The position numbers were made by a program, and so were the translations under genes. A stretch of DNA of 64,000 nt from assembly GCA_950097015.1 (NCBI GenBank), contig CATNEN010000028.1, positions 620,001 to 684,000 of the forward strand. Direction: 5' to 3'. Every line of letters starts with the position of its first letter. The stretch's first letter is position 1. The notes beneath the pieces are model-generated. The model was not told the origin of the DNA. It ran no database searches and saw only the letters and a list, made by a program, of their open reading frames with translations. Source of the stretch: Macrostomum hystrix (taxonomy: Eukaryota; Animalia; Platyhelminthes). Shown in pieces: positions 12,201 through 22,900 of the stretch.

Positions 12201-13241
12201 ACTCTGAGCGCTAGCCGACCGGCGGGTGACATTGCAGACTCGGTATTTCCGCCGCATCTGGCCGCAGTGCGTGATCTCAACCTTCAGGCCTTTGATCTCC
12301 TTCGTGAACTTCACCCGATTGCTGTCGCTGAGGGGTCGCCGATCAAACTCCTCCAGGTCCGGCAATTCTAGAACGTCGCGCAGAAAGTCGCAGACACTCT
12401 GGGCCTTGTAGAAGGCCGTGGCGGACACGTCAATATTTAGCATCATCTTCCAGTGGCTGGGCCGGACGCTCTGATGAAAGCCGAACCAAACCTCGCGACC
12501 GTTGCCAAGCGGATGATCGGTGGAGTCCTGATCCGGCTGCTGGAAGAATGACCGGCCAACTGGCGTGTACTGCAGGCTGGGCAGGTGGCGCATGATCACA
12601 TCCAGCGCGTTCACTGCGTCAGCCGGGATGTTCTTGCGACGGCCTTCCAGAGCCTCTTCCAAGGCGAACAGCGACACCTCGCCAAGGTATTTAAGCGACA
12701 CGCGAAACACTCTATCCTTGCTGCTGCCCTCGCCAGGCAGAGTCACCTCCAGTTCTAGCCGGTCTGTGCCAAACGGCAGCGGATCTCTGGTGTACAGATT
12801 CTTGCGGCCGTCAAAAACCGGGCGCTGATTAAAGAACACAGTCTGGTGGTGCATGGAGTTCACCATGGTGTTGATGATTTCCCGATTGACTCGGCGCGGA
12901 CATTTGTCCGGCGTGATGTTCACATCGTAGTGGTGCAGGAAGCCCTTCGGCAGGCGAATCTCGAAGTGATTAGCGCGCAGGCTGATGTGCCGGCCCTCCT
13001 GGCCGCGGCCCGGCCTCACCGGCGGCTGAAAGATTATCGACGGAGGCGACGGCTCGCCGGAGTCGCTGCCGCCGCCGTAGCCGGAGCCGGCGCCGGATGA
13101 GCCTGAGTTACCAACACCTGGCGGAGTCGGCGGCGTGGCGTTGAAGCTTTGCAACTGATTGGTGGACACTGTTGCCAAGTTGGTGGGGTTGGTTTCAAAG
13201 TTGGTTAAAAAGTGGTAGTCACAATGAATCACAAAAAACAT
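9277..13241 (-). CDS. AGO: AGO-clade (miRNA/siRNA) Argonaute, AGO1/2-like. Exons: about 13241 (or 13168/13154)-12093, 12009-11797, 11614-11234, 10800-10111, 9585-9277
   Basis: N domain LRANHFEI; L1 YTPVGRSFF and [31 protein letters not shown]; [13 protein letters not shown] and [13 protein letters not shown]; MID and [39 protein letters not shown]|[30 protein letters not shown], ending MYFA. All four introns are GT-AG and phase 0, and they restore a continuous frame. The true start is uncertain. Confidence 0.95.
9665..9990. repeat. About 20-bp minisatellite (ggataatttaccaactgatg), degenerating, in Argonaute intron 4
   Basis: Direct tandem periodicity inside intron 9586-10110. Confidence 0.85.
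10860..11228. repeat. Composite 11/20-bp minisatellite (cagtgggatctgagtcttat / gggtcagtgggatct) filling most of Argonaute intron 3
   Basis: Direct periodicity; begins a few bases after the GTGAGT donor at 11233. Confidence 0.9.
11637..11735 (+). mobile_element. Partial copy of a short dispersed intronic element (Argonaute intron 2)
   Basis: 'cttgacgatgctgac..gga..gc.t.gaaa', 'ctttcacga.aatcggtc.ttc' and 'ggtctttctac' are shared with 18405-18590 and/or 22620-23130. Confidence 0.55.
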
Positions 13242-14670
13242 ATGTAGTGATGGACGGTTTGTCTTGCGCGTGTGCAGCTTTTGGATAAACTTTAGGAGTA
13301 GCTATGGATCCAAGTGCAAAGATTAAATGCCTCCTCATCTAAGAACTAGATCAATATGTAGCAAATTCTAATATCTAATGCACCACGGGGTTACTTTTGT
13401 GAGACACACCGGACCCAGATCATTTAGACCCTACTTCACTACAACAAGACAGAAAAAAAATCCCAGAAAAAGTGTCTAGGCCTGTACACAAAATTTGGTT
13501 AAAAACCCTTTTAGGTAAAGAAGATAACATAGCTACTAACTACTAAGTGCAGAACTTCAACACTGCAACACAACATCCAGGCATAGCCTTTCGATATAAG
13601 AGGGACGATCAAAACGTTTTGTCACTACCTTATTTTTTTCAGCGCATGTGGCTTGCCTTAAATTTATTTCCGTTATTAGGCCTACCATAGACACATAGTG
13701 TCCTCTTACTTGTAAAAAAATATTGTATTTAGGGGCCAATTCGGCGAAATATTAAAAATAAATTATTGCTATTACGCAAAAAGCACTGAAGAGCAAAATA
13801 ATAAGTAAAATACAACGTGTAGTCAATAAACATATTAAACATTCTGTGGAATAAAACATGCAGCAAAACACAATGGCCAATTGCTATACTATAGATTATT
13901 AGTACCGCTTTCAGTCCTGATAATTTACTTACAAAATCCGCTTCCTGTAAGAGACATTGCAAAATCTGCGACATTTGGGTACATAAAACTAGGGCTTTGA
14001 GGTGGAAAGAAGTCGCTAGTGCCGACTAAGGCCATTCTCTGCGTACAAAAGTTACTCGAGCAGACAAAGGGGAAATAAAGCTATAAAAATTGCTTGGAAA
14101 ACAAACACTCAAAAGTAAGAAGCTATAAAATATACATGAAAATTATACAAAAGCAATTAAAAGAAAACATTCTTTTTATTTTAAAGCTAAGTATGTTTTT
14201 ATTAAACTGAAAATAGATCATAAATGTTTTTAAGAACATTGTTATACTAATCTGTTCCTGGAAAGTTTTGCGGCAAATCAAATCACAAAAAACGATCGTA
14301 TCGCACGATCTCATAGAGTCAACATTATTGAACTCCTTGTTAGCATGACAGTGCAATGCCAGTGTATGACTTTAGGAGCAGCAGATTTTTTAGTTCTTTG
14401 ACTAATTTGAACAAATTTGAACATTTTTTGTTATGTGCGAATGAAAGGAAAGATCAACTTATCGCTCACATTTTCCATACTTATTTGTAATTGTGGCAAT
14501 AATGCACTTTCGTTCGCGAAATTAATTTTCGTTTAAATTTAAAACTTTGAAATTAGAAAACAATAACAACGACAAAAATTGATGCTTTAAACAATTCTAA
14601 CGATTGTGCCAGAGCACAGTGTCTCTTTTTAGCTCTTTGGTTGCCGAACTTGCCAACCTGTCATTGTGTT

Positions 14671-15033
14671 CTAGTGGCGGACACAGCTTGTCACTGGGCA
14701 TTGTAGCTGCTGCAGTGTCAGGTGACTACGCTCGAAGATGGAGTCTTTCCTGATGCTTTGCTGACTGCGGCAAGTCTTGCAGTCCCAGGCCCAGCCATCT
14801 ACAAAGCAATCACCAGCTCGACACTGCAGGTTCATGGGGGTCTGGGCTGGACAGGAGCATGTACGTTGGTTGCCAATAAGCCCAACCTTGGCCATCCAGC
14901 ACATTGTATCCTCCGGTGTTGCCGTGGCAGTCATCAGGTCGCGCGCAATCAGCTCTAGTTGCAGTAGAGCATTTGCTGGCAGCACTTCATTCAGCGGAAT
15001 TATCCACGAGGGTCTTGGTGGTTGTCCAGCCAT
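14671..15033 (-). mobile_element. Truncated Merlin/ISXO2 (IS1595-like) transposase N-terminal fragment
   Basis: Zn-finger-like C..C...M.L....DGWAWDCKTC followed by SIRKDSIFERSHLTLQQL resembles the typical Merlin N-terminus (WxC..SIR.GS.FE.S.L.L.Q). The DDE domain is absent. Confidence 0.6.
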
Positions 15034-16842
15034 GATATGTTGTCCAAAAGAAAAAGCAGATATTAGTAGCTTCTCAGCTAAAGGGATACAGTATAAGCCC
15101 TCCCCCCACTTGAGCCCCTTTTCGATTTTTTTAAACTATTTTTTCCACAGACAACTTGTGTTTCAAGTAGCATTCGAGCGTGGCACAAAAAAGGCATGGC
15201 ACAGATTTAATGAAAAAAAAATAATAAAGCATCCCACACATGCACTTAAGGATTTCGACCATAGACTAAGACTAAAGTGTATATTAGCATATATTCTGGT
15301 TTATTTGTATAATGTTAAGCGTATATTCTGGTTTCAAACTTTCAAATAAACAGGAAAAAAATGTCGCGAACGAAAGTGCACTATTGCCGTAATTGTATAT
15401 ATAACTGGCTATATGTGATATCTTACAATTGCGTAGATACTATTGCTTGCAACTATGATAAGTATATACTTTTTGTGTCAGTAAAAGTCATAGCAGATGA
15501 CTTCGTTTTAATTGCTCTTGTGGCAGTACAAAGCTTCTTTTAAAATCAACTTAATAGCAGACAAGACAATTGCAGACAAAAAGACTGAATCTGTATATTC
15601 CAATATACAACTGCTACAAATACAAGAGTCACTGAATATCTTTACCACTTTTTTGTTGAAGCAAAACTCTAGATTACATAATATGTTATTGTGCCAACCA
15701 AGCCAATCAGGTTTATGTACTTTTTTCTGAGCTGCTAATTGTGCAGATTATGTAAACTTACAACATTTTATCTTTTAAAAAAATCTTTTTTTATTGACCA
15801 AATACACATCTTGTCTGTGCCATATACACTTTTCTTGAAGAAAATGATTCTTTTGTCTGGCTTGAGTGTTCTAAAAAAAGCTTAGAGATACACCAAAACA
15901 ACAGCCCTTGATTCAGATAAACAAATCATCAATAGTCAAGCAAGTGGAGTTGCGCTCAATTTAAGTGCAATTAATAGCCTTAAATAAACAATAAAATAAT
16001 GCAATTACAAATCTTCCTGTGCAAATAGGCCCCCTAGCTACCAAAATTTCTTAGAGTTTCTTAGATAAGCTAGTATGGTGGTATTGTTGCCACTGTCATT
16101 GTCATGTTTATCTGATACCTCTAAATTATAGTAAAATTTTACTTACCTACTAATTTACTAATATAAAAAGGTGGGCATTAAAATTTTAACTGTTTCAATT
16201 TTTTGTGTTGAGAATATTTGTCAAAATGTCTTAACCTTGACATGTAACTAAAGTACTAAACTTTAGGTGTAATGACATGTAACTAAAGTACTAAACTTTA
16301 GGTGTAAATAGCTAAAATTTTATTTAGATGCTAAAAAGATTTGCATAGTAATTTTTATAGTAATAGTTATTTTTACCTCTAGCTAAATCTTCTAGCTTCG
16401 AGTCCCATTTGGGATGCTTCTTTGATGTATATTTTGACCAGGGCAGCCAAAATGGGGCTCAGCAATGAAAAAGAAAGAGCCTAGGCAGCAGTGGACAGTT
16501 GAAAAGCACCCAAATGTGCTCTCTGTGAAGCAATGCTTCCTTCGTGCACTTTCGCTGCTTCCTGCTAAAGAAGCACCCTAAATTGCTACTTCTCTAGACT
16601 CTCTAGTGATGCCTGAGCAATGCTTCTTTGGCTGCTTCCTACAACAGAAGCACCCCTAATTGCTGCTTCTATCAAAGCTTAAGCTTTAAGTGAATTCACT
16701 AGTTGAAAAATGAGACAGACCCTGGGAGACTCAGGGCGCTAGTATTAGACAATTCACTGCTGGGTTTCCAATTACACTACGCAACACTATTTGGATACAA
16801 TTTTCTGAAATAGCATTTTAGGACTCCGAATGCTTTGGATAT

Positions 16843-17440
16843 TTAAGTATATTTGGCAGGACTAGGCCAGCCAAAATGGTTGATGTCCTCGTCGGCAACT
16901 GCACAGTACCTGCAGCAGCTGCTGTCGCCTTCGCACTCGCAGCCTTTGCATGCGCCGACTCCACCTGCTTCACCGCCTTCGGCCGCTTCGACGCCTTCAC
17001 CTTTGTCCCGATAGTCTCCTTCGCCTTCACTCAGAACTTCTATGATTTTGTTTGCACTCTGCATCAGTGAAGAGGCCACCAGTACAGCTCTTAATAGCCG
17101 ACCCTCGGCGCGCTTGATAGAGTCGGCATATGCGTCGAGGTCCACAGCCTCCAAGGCTCATAGGGACCTCCATTCATTAATTCGATGGTCGACCGCAGTC
17201 CGTGCGGATTGTGTGACCGGAAATTGAAGAAATTCTACCCTCCTAAGTGACGGTGGCATGGTCTCCTCGTTCTCATTAGCACTCTGTTGCGCAGGCGACG
17301 TTGCCAGCTGGACGTCTGGATGGTCAGATTCGGTGGCTGCGATGTTTTCGGCTTGACGACTGGCACAATAGTCTTGCTGTCACTATCGAAGCTGGTGGGC
17401 GACGTTAGCTAGCTACCCCACCAGTCTCATCAGGCTGACA
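16843..17440 (-). pseudogene. GC-rich, coding-like degenerate reading frame with several in-frame stops; product unidentified
   Basis: One frame runs about 200 codons (FRDYRVSLMRLVG*...NEWRSL*ALEAVDLDAYADSIKRAEG...) interrupted by TAG, TAG-TGA and TGA; composition is exon-like within AT-rich flanks. Confidence 0.3.
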
Positions 17441-17918
17441 CGATAGTCACGAAACCTGACCTAATTAAACATAACCTAAGCGGTGCGTCTTAGGTCGTAT
17501 GTGCCCGTGAATTTGCATAAAAAAGCTATCTATACCTGTGCTCATCCTTTTTACAAAATAAGAAATCACAGACTTTTCAAACGTCGTGGTGGTCAAGAAG
17601 GGTCATGAATTACTCCATGCATTCAAAGTGTACATTTGACAAAATAAATTATACGACATTGAAGTACACATTAAAATTATTAACAATTCTGATGTGCTGA
17701 TAAGTATGTGCTCCTAATGTAATGTGGGAAGCGACCGGGCTTCCCTCCAGTGCTTCCAAGTCAATAAGCACCGAATTTAAATGCTTCCTGCTTCATTTTT
17801 TCTGGAAGCGTCGATGCTTCCGTTCGGAAGCGGCTCATTTTTAGCGCGGGTTTTTAGTTGCTTAAATCATATTTGTATACTATCAGTAGTATTTCATAAT
17901 CACCTAACCTTGCAGGCT

Positions 17919-18903
17919 ATGGAACACTCGGAGTCCCATCCAACAGGCATTGAAGCCGAATTCCAGCTCTATCGCAGCCAATTGTCAGCAGACACGGCCA
18001 CAATAGAAGCTGTCAAAGCTACTGCGGCTGAGTTGGCCAAGGTGGTCCAACTGCCACTGCAAGCTCTGCGGCTGGTCCATCGGGCATGCGATGACGAATC
18101 GATTCGGACCGCCGTCGCCGGTGCCAAGGCCGCCATGCAGTCTTGCATCGATCTGATCAGCCAGCTGGGCAGACAGATTCCTACCGGGACCTACTACAAA
18201 TATCACCAGTTCTGGCGCGAACCAGTTCAGCAGCTCTGTCTGGCTGTGGCTTTTGTCAGCTTTTTGGAAGCGGACCGCCTGCTCAGCCTCGAAGAGGCAG
18301 CTGGCCAGCTGGGCATGTCTGCCAGCGGCGGCGGCGGAGATGGAGATGGTCAGTTTCGATTTACAAGTAATATGGATTGGACATAGAGGTTTATGCAGAC
18401 CAATGTTAGTTGTCCTTGTCACCAGGGGCTTCGACAAGAATTGCTGAATCTTTTGACGATGCTGACGTCGGATGGCTTCGAAAGTTTTATTCATCGTAAA
18501 GGACAGAAAAATTTGATCCATATTTGAAATGCCCCCATGGTCTTTCCGCAGGTGGAAAAATGGCGTGGTCTTCCTAATTTTAACAGTCCAGGTACTTAAT
18601 AAAGTACAAAATTAAAATCCAACCCTTTCAACAGGCGGCCCGCTTCAACTAGACCTGGAGGACTATCTATTCGGCCTGCTCTGCCTAGCCAGTGAATTAG
18701 CTCGCCTCAGTGTCAACGCAGTCACAGCCGGCAGTCCAGGCGTGCCCAGGCGTGTAGCGGACTATGCCAGACGCCTCGAAGCCGGCTTTCGACTGCTCAA
18801 TTTTAAGAATGACGCATTGCGCCGACGCTACGATGTGCTCAAATACGATATGAGAAAGATTGAAGAGGTCCTCTATGATGTCACCGTTAGGAAGCTGGAG
18901 TAA
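17919..18903 (+). CDS. TSN: Translin (C3PO subunit). Exons 17919-18348 and 18635-18903
   Basis: YYKYHQFWREPVQQL in exon 1; exon 2 LDLEDYLFGLLCLASELARLSVNAVTAG...AGFRLLNFKNDALRRRYDVLKYDMRKIEEVLYDVTVR matches the translin C-terminal signature. The intron is GTCAGT...ACAG, phase 1. Confidence 0.93.
18405..18590 (+). mobile_element. Short dispersed intronic element (translin intron)
   Basis: 'gttagttgtccttgtcaccaggggcttcgacaagaattgctgaat...gacgatgctgac' aligns with 22620-22700 'gttaggtgtccttgtcaccaggttcttcgactagaatcgctgaat...gacaatgctgac'. Confidence 0.65.
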
Positions 18904-18974
18904 GCAATTGGTGGATAGGGTACGCATTAAGCTGTGGATGAGATCCATTTTTAGGAGGCGACACTGAATTAGAC

Positions 18975-19435
18975 TGCAGTAGGTCATTGTGAGGCGATGA
19001 AGCTGTTAGTGAGACTGGAGTAGGTCATTGTGACGCGATGAAGATGTTAGTGAGACTGGAGTACCTCATTGTGAGGCGATGAAGATGTTAGTGAGACTGG
19101 AGTAGGTCATTGTGAGGCGATGAAGATGTTAGTGAGACTGGAGTAGGTCATTGTGAGGCGAAGAAGATGTTAGTGAGACTGGAGTAGGTCATTGTGAGGC
19201 GAAGAAGATGTTAGTGAGACTGGAGTAGGTCATTGTGAGGCGAAGAAGATGTTAGTGAGACTGGAGTAGGTCATTGTGAGGCGATGAAGCTGTTAGTGAG
19301 ACTGGAGTAGGTCATTGTTAGGCGATGAAGCTGTTAGTGAGACTGGAGTAGCTCATTGTGAGGCGATGAAGCTGTTAGTGAGACTGGAGTAGCTCATTGT
19401 GAGGCGATGAAGCTATGATCGAGACTGGAGTAAGC
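18975..19435 (+). repeat. 41-bp minisatellite (gagtaggtcattgtgaggcgatgaagatgttagtgagactg), about 11 copies, in the translin 3' region
   Basis: Direct periodicity. Confidence 0.95.
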
Positions 19436-19980
19436 TGATTTTCAGACTTAAAAATCTAGATAATCGGAGTAGTGAAGGCGATAATGGATCGTCAGTCACG
19501 TAACTAAAAGTGGTATGTCTGATCGCATTTTTTACAGTGAGACTGTTGTTTAAGTTTTAGTTTTTTTTCTTAAGCAATAGTGCTTTTTCTAGTGTAAAAC
19601 TCTAAACCTTTTTTGTTATCTTATCTACTTGTATCGGTGTTATAAAACACTAATCGGTGAGTAATATTCTGAAAGTAATTAAATTACCTAGTTCTCATTT
19701 TAACGATGCAGTTTAATGTTTTATTCATATTCATGTATCTAAACATAAAAGTTTTATATATAAATAAACAGCCAATGTACTCGTAAGTAATTTACAATTA
19801 CAGCTTTTGTAAGTAAATAAATTGTTTTACTTCCTTTAGTTTTGTGTCTAATCTATTTCATTTCTTGTCCTACGAGTAGAAAATAAAGTCCCCTACGATT
19901 AGCTGCTCCAGCTTCCCTCACAGCTTCATCACCCGTCAATCAGCTACTCCAGACTCTATGTAAAAAATTTCAGCCAGTCT

Positions 19981-22900
19981 ATGGCTTCAATTCAAGAGGC
20001 CGAAGAGGTGCCTGTATTGCTGATCGGCAGTAAGACTTGCATATTACCCTTTGAATTGGCTCGTGTACCCGTTGGAAACAATGAGAACTGGTGAGTCTTT
20101 TCAAATATGTTTCATCGTTGCGCTGCTTACTACTTGTTGTTTCATAGTAGTAAAGGACTAATGTTATCGCATAAATTATGAGGCTGTAAAATATCGATAT
20201 CCACTAAATCTGTGATATTTACGAACTGTTTGTTTTTGTCTTTTTTCAGCAAAGCTATCGCTAATGCGCTTAAATTGGACAACACTAAGCAATTAGTGGC
20301 TACGTTTTCTTCTGATGATGACTCCGACTCCAAGGTTTGTGACTAATAGTTGTGTTGCAACTTTCCGTCAGTCGTTTTTATGCGTCACTCACTCACGCAC
20401 CACTCACTCATTCACACATTCACTCATTCACACATTCACTCATTCACCCACTCACCACTCACTCACCCAGTCACTAACTAACTCACTCACTCACTCATTC
20501 ACCCACTCACTGACTAACTCACCCACTCACTCATTCACCCACTCACTGACTAACTCACCCACTCACTCATTCACCCACTCACTGACTAACTCACTCACTC
20601 ACTCACCCACTCACTCACTCACTCACTCACTCACTCACTGACTAACTCACTCACTCACTCACCCACTCACTCATTCACCCACTCACTGACTAACTCACTC
20701 ACTCACTCACCCACTCACTCATTCACCCACTCACTGACTCACTCACTCACCCACTCACTCACTCACTCACTCACTCACCCACTCACTCACTCACTCACTC
20801 ACTGACCCACTCACTCACTCACTCACTCACTCACTCACTCACTCACCCACTCACTCACTCACTCACTCACTCACTCACTCACTCACCCACTCACTCATTG
20901 TACCAGCTGTCGGGCCGCATAGGCACTCTATGCTTGGTGCAGCAGCTCCTGCTACTCCCTAACCCATCGCTGGTGCTTCGCGGTTTCGCCCGCTGTCGCT
21001 TTCAATCCTGGGCTGCGACTCCTGTCAGTGCAGCTTTGTCGCCGCTTCGTCGAATGTCTCGCCAGCCTCAGGAGCAACAATTGCCTAAGCGTGCCAGAGT
21101 CGCCGTTTTGGAGGCCGAACTCGATGACAGCGACGAATCGGACGGCGCCAGCTTAGATGCGGACAATGTAGGCGGCGAGCTGCGTCAGTTAGTCAGCCTC
21201 TGCCAGCGCCTGGGCGTTCTGCGCTCGTCGCCGGTGAATTCCGCCGCCTCCGAGGCTGCCGATGCCGTTTCAAAAGCTGCCGCTGAGGATGACCACAGCA
21301 GCGACAGCCGGGCAGGTCAACGGAGACGCCTGGCTAGTCAACTGCCGGATCTGCTTGGCGGCCTGCTCGCGTTGACCGCCCAGCAGCGTTTAAAACTGTT
21401 AGGAGCAGTGACGCATAGAGAGCGGGTCGCTGTTCTGCTGCCAGTGAGTGCCCGCTAATTACACAATGAAGAGTACTGCAATAGCCGTTTGGGGCAACAT
21501 TAGTCACCCCATTAGGGACACTATTAGAGAGTCCATTAGGGACACTATTAAAAAGCCCATTAGGGACACTATCCGAGAGTCCATTAGGGATACTATATAT
21601 TAGAGTCCATTAGGGATACTATATATTAGAGTCCATTAGGGATACTATATACTATATGCTTTCCCTTCCCAGCTCGATATTTGATTCCTACTAAACTTCG
21701 CTTTTTATTTTGTTTTTCGTTGTTCATTTAAATGTGTTGTTAAAAATATATATAAAAAAAATCAGCACCCATAGATGGCGTGCGCGTTTTAATAATAATA
21801 ATAATATTATTATTAGAGTCCATTAGGGACTCTCTTACACTATAAGAGAGTCCATTAGGGATACAATTAAAGAGTCCATTAGGGGCACTAGAGAGTCCAT
21901 TAGGGATACTATTAGATATTTTCACGTCTTAAGATTTTCACAATACATGATAAGTGCCAGTGACCCCATCAGATCCTGCGTGCCCGATTGCGCGATAAAA
22001 CTGGCGACACTTCTGCAGCCGCCTCCGCGTTGCCACCGTCTCCGCACTCTGCCGGCGGCCCCATCGCCGAGCTGGCGAGTCGGCTGGCAGCGGCCGACCT
22101 GCCGAAGCCTGCCGCCGAAGCAGCCAATCGGGAGCTGAGCCGACTGCGCGTCATCACTGGCGGCGGCGCTCAGCCGCACCACCCGGAGGCCGGCATCATT
22201 CAGGTGAGGAATTCATTCTTATTCCGTAAATAGTACATAGAGAAGACGTGACACCTAACCCAGTAGTGCTAGATCTACAGCCAAAGTGTCTTGCTTCCTA
22301 AAGGCTGAGATTCGAACTTCAGACCTCTTGGTCACCCATTGACTCAAATTGACTCAACCAGTTGTTAGTAGAGAGACAAATCAGTAGAAAAACCACGGGG
22401 TATATTCAAATAGCCACATTTTCCTTTTTTCTGTATCTCCTGAAATATTCAACCAATCGCCATGAAAATGCAGAACACGGGCTATCCGCTTGTCTGTTGG
22501 CAAGAACCACAGATATAGACATAATTTTTCTGCTCAAAAAAATTCATCATTTAACTATGTCAGCTATTATTGTTGCCAATTTTCGATAAATTTTACATTT
22601 TTTAACCATGCTGCGCAATGTTAGGTGTCCTTGTCACCAGGTTCTTCGACTAGAATCGCTGAATATCTAGACAATGCTGACTTTGGACAGCTTTGAAAGT
22701 CAGTTCATCAAAAAAGGCGGAAACTGTTTATATATATGGTTAAGGCGGAAGGCCTTTTGCTTACGAAGTTGGAGTGGCAGCGAAGTTAGTGCGCTGCATG
22801 GCACGTATATTTATATTTACAGCAAACGCGAGAGCGAGATAGAGGGGCCTAGGGAGGTGCGAAATGGTGGCGTAACTTCTCACACCCGGCTTAGCGAGCC

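Noticed and set aside
16238-16310. 35-bp direct tandem duplication (acatgtaactaaagtactaaactttaggtgtaa)
   Set aside because: A simple two-copy slippage event with no further structure.
16818-17030. Lys/Ala-rich ORF as the first coding exon of Argonaute
   Set aside because: Its donor phase (1) would fit the acceptor at 13169, but the frame has a stop immediately upstream and no ATG.
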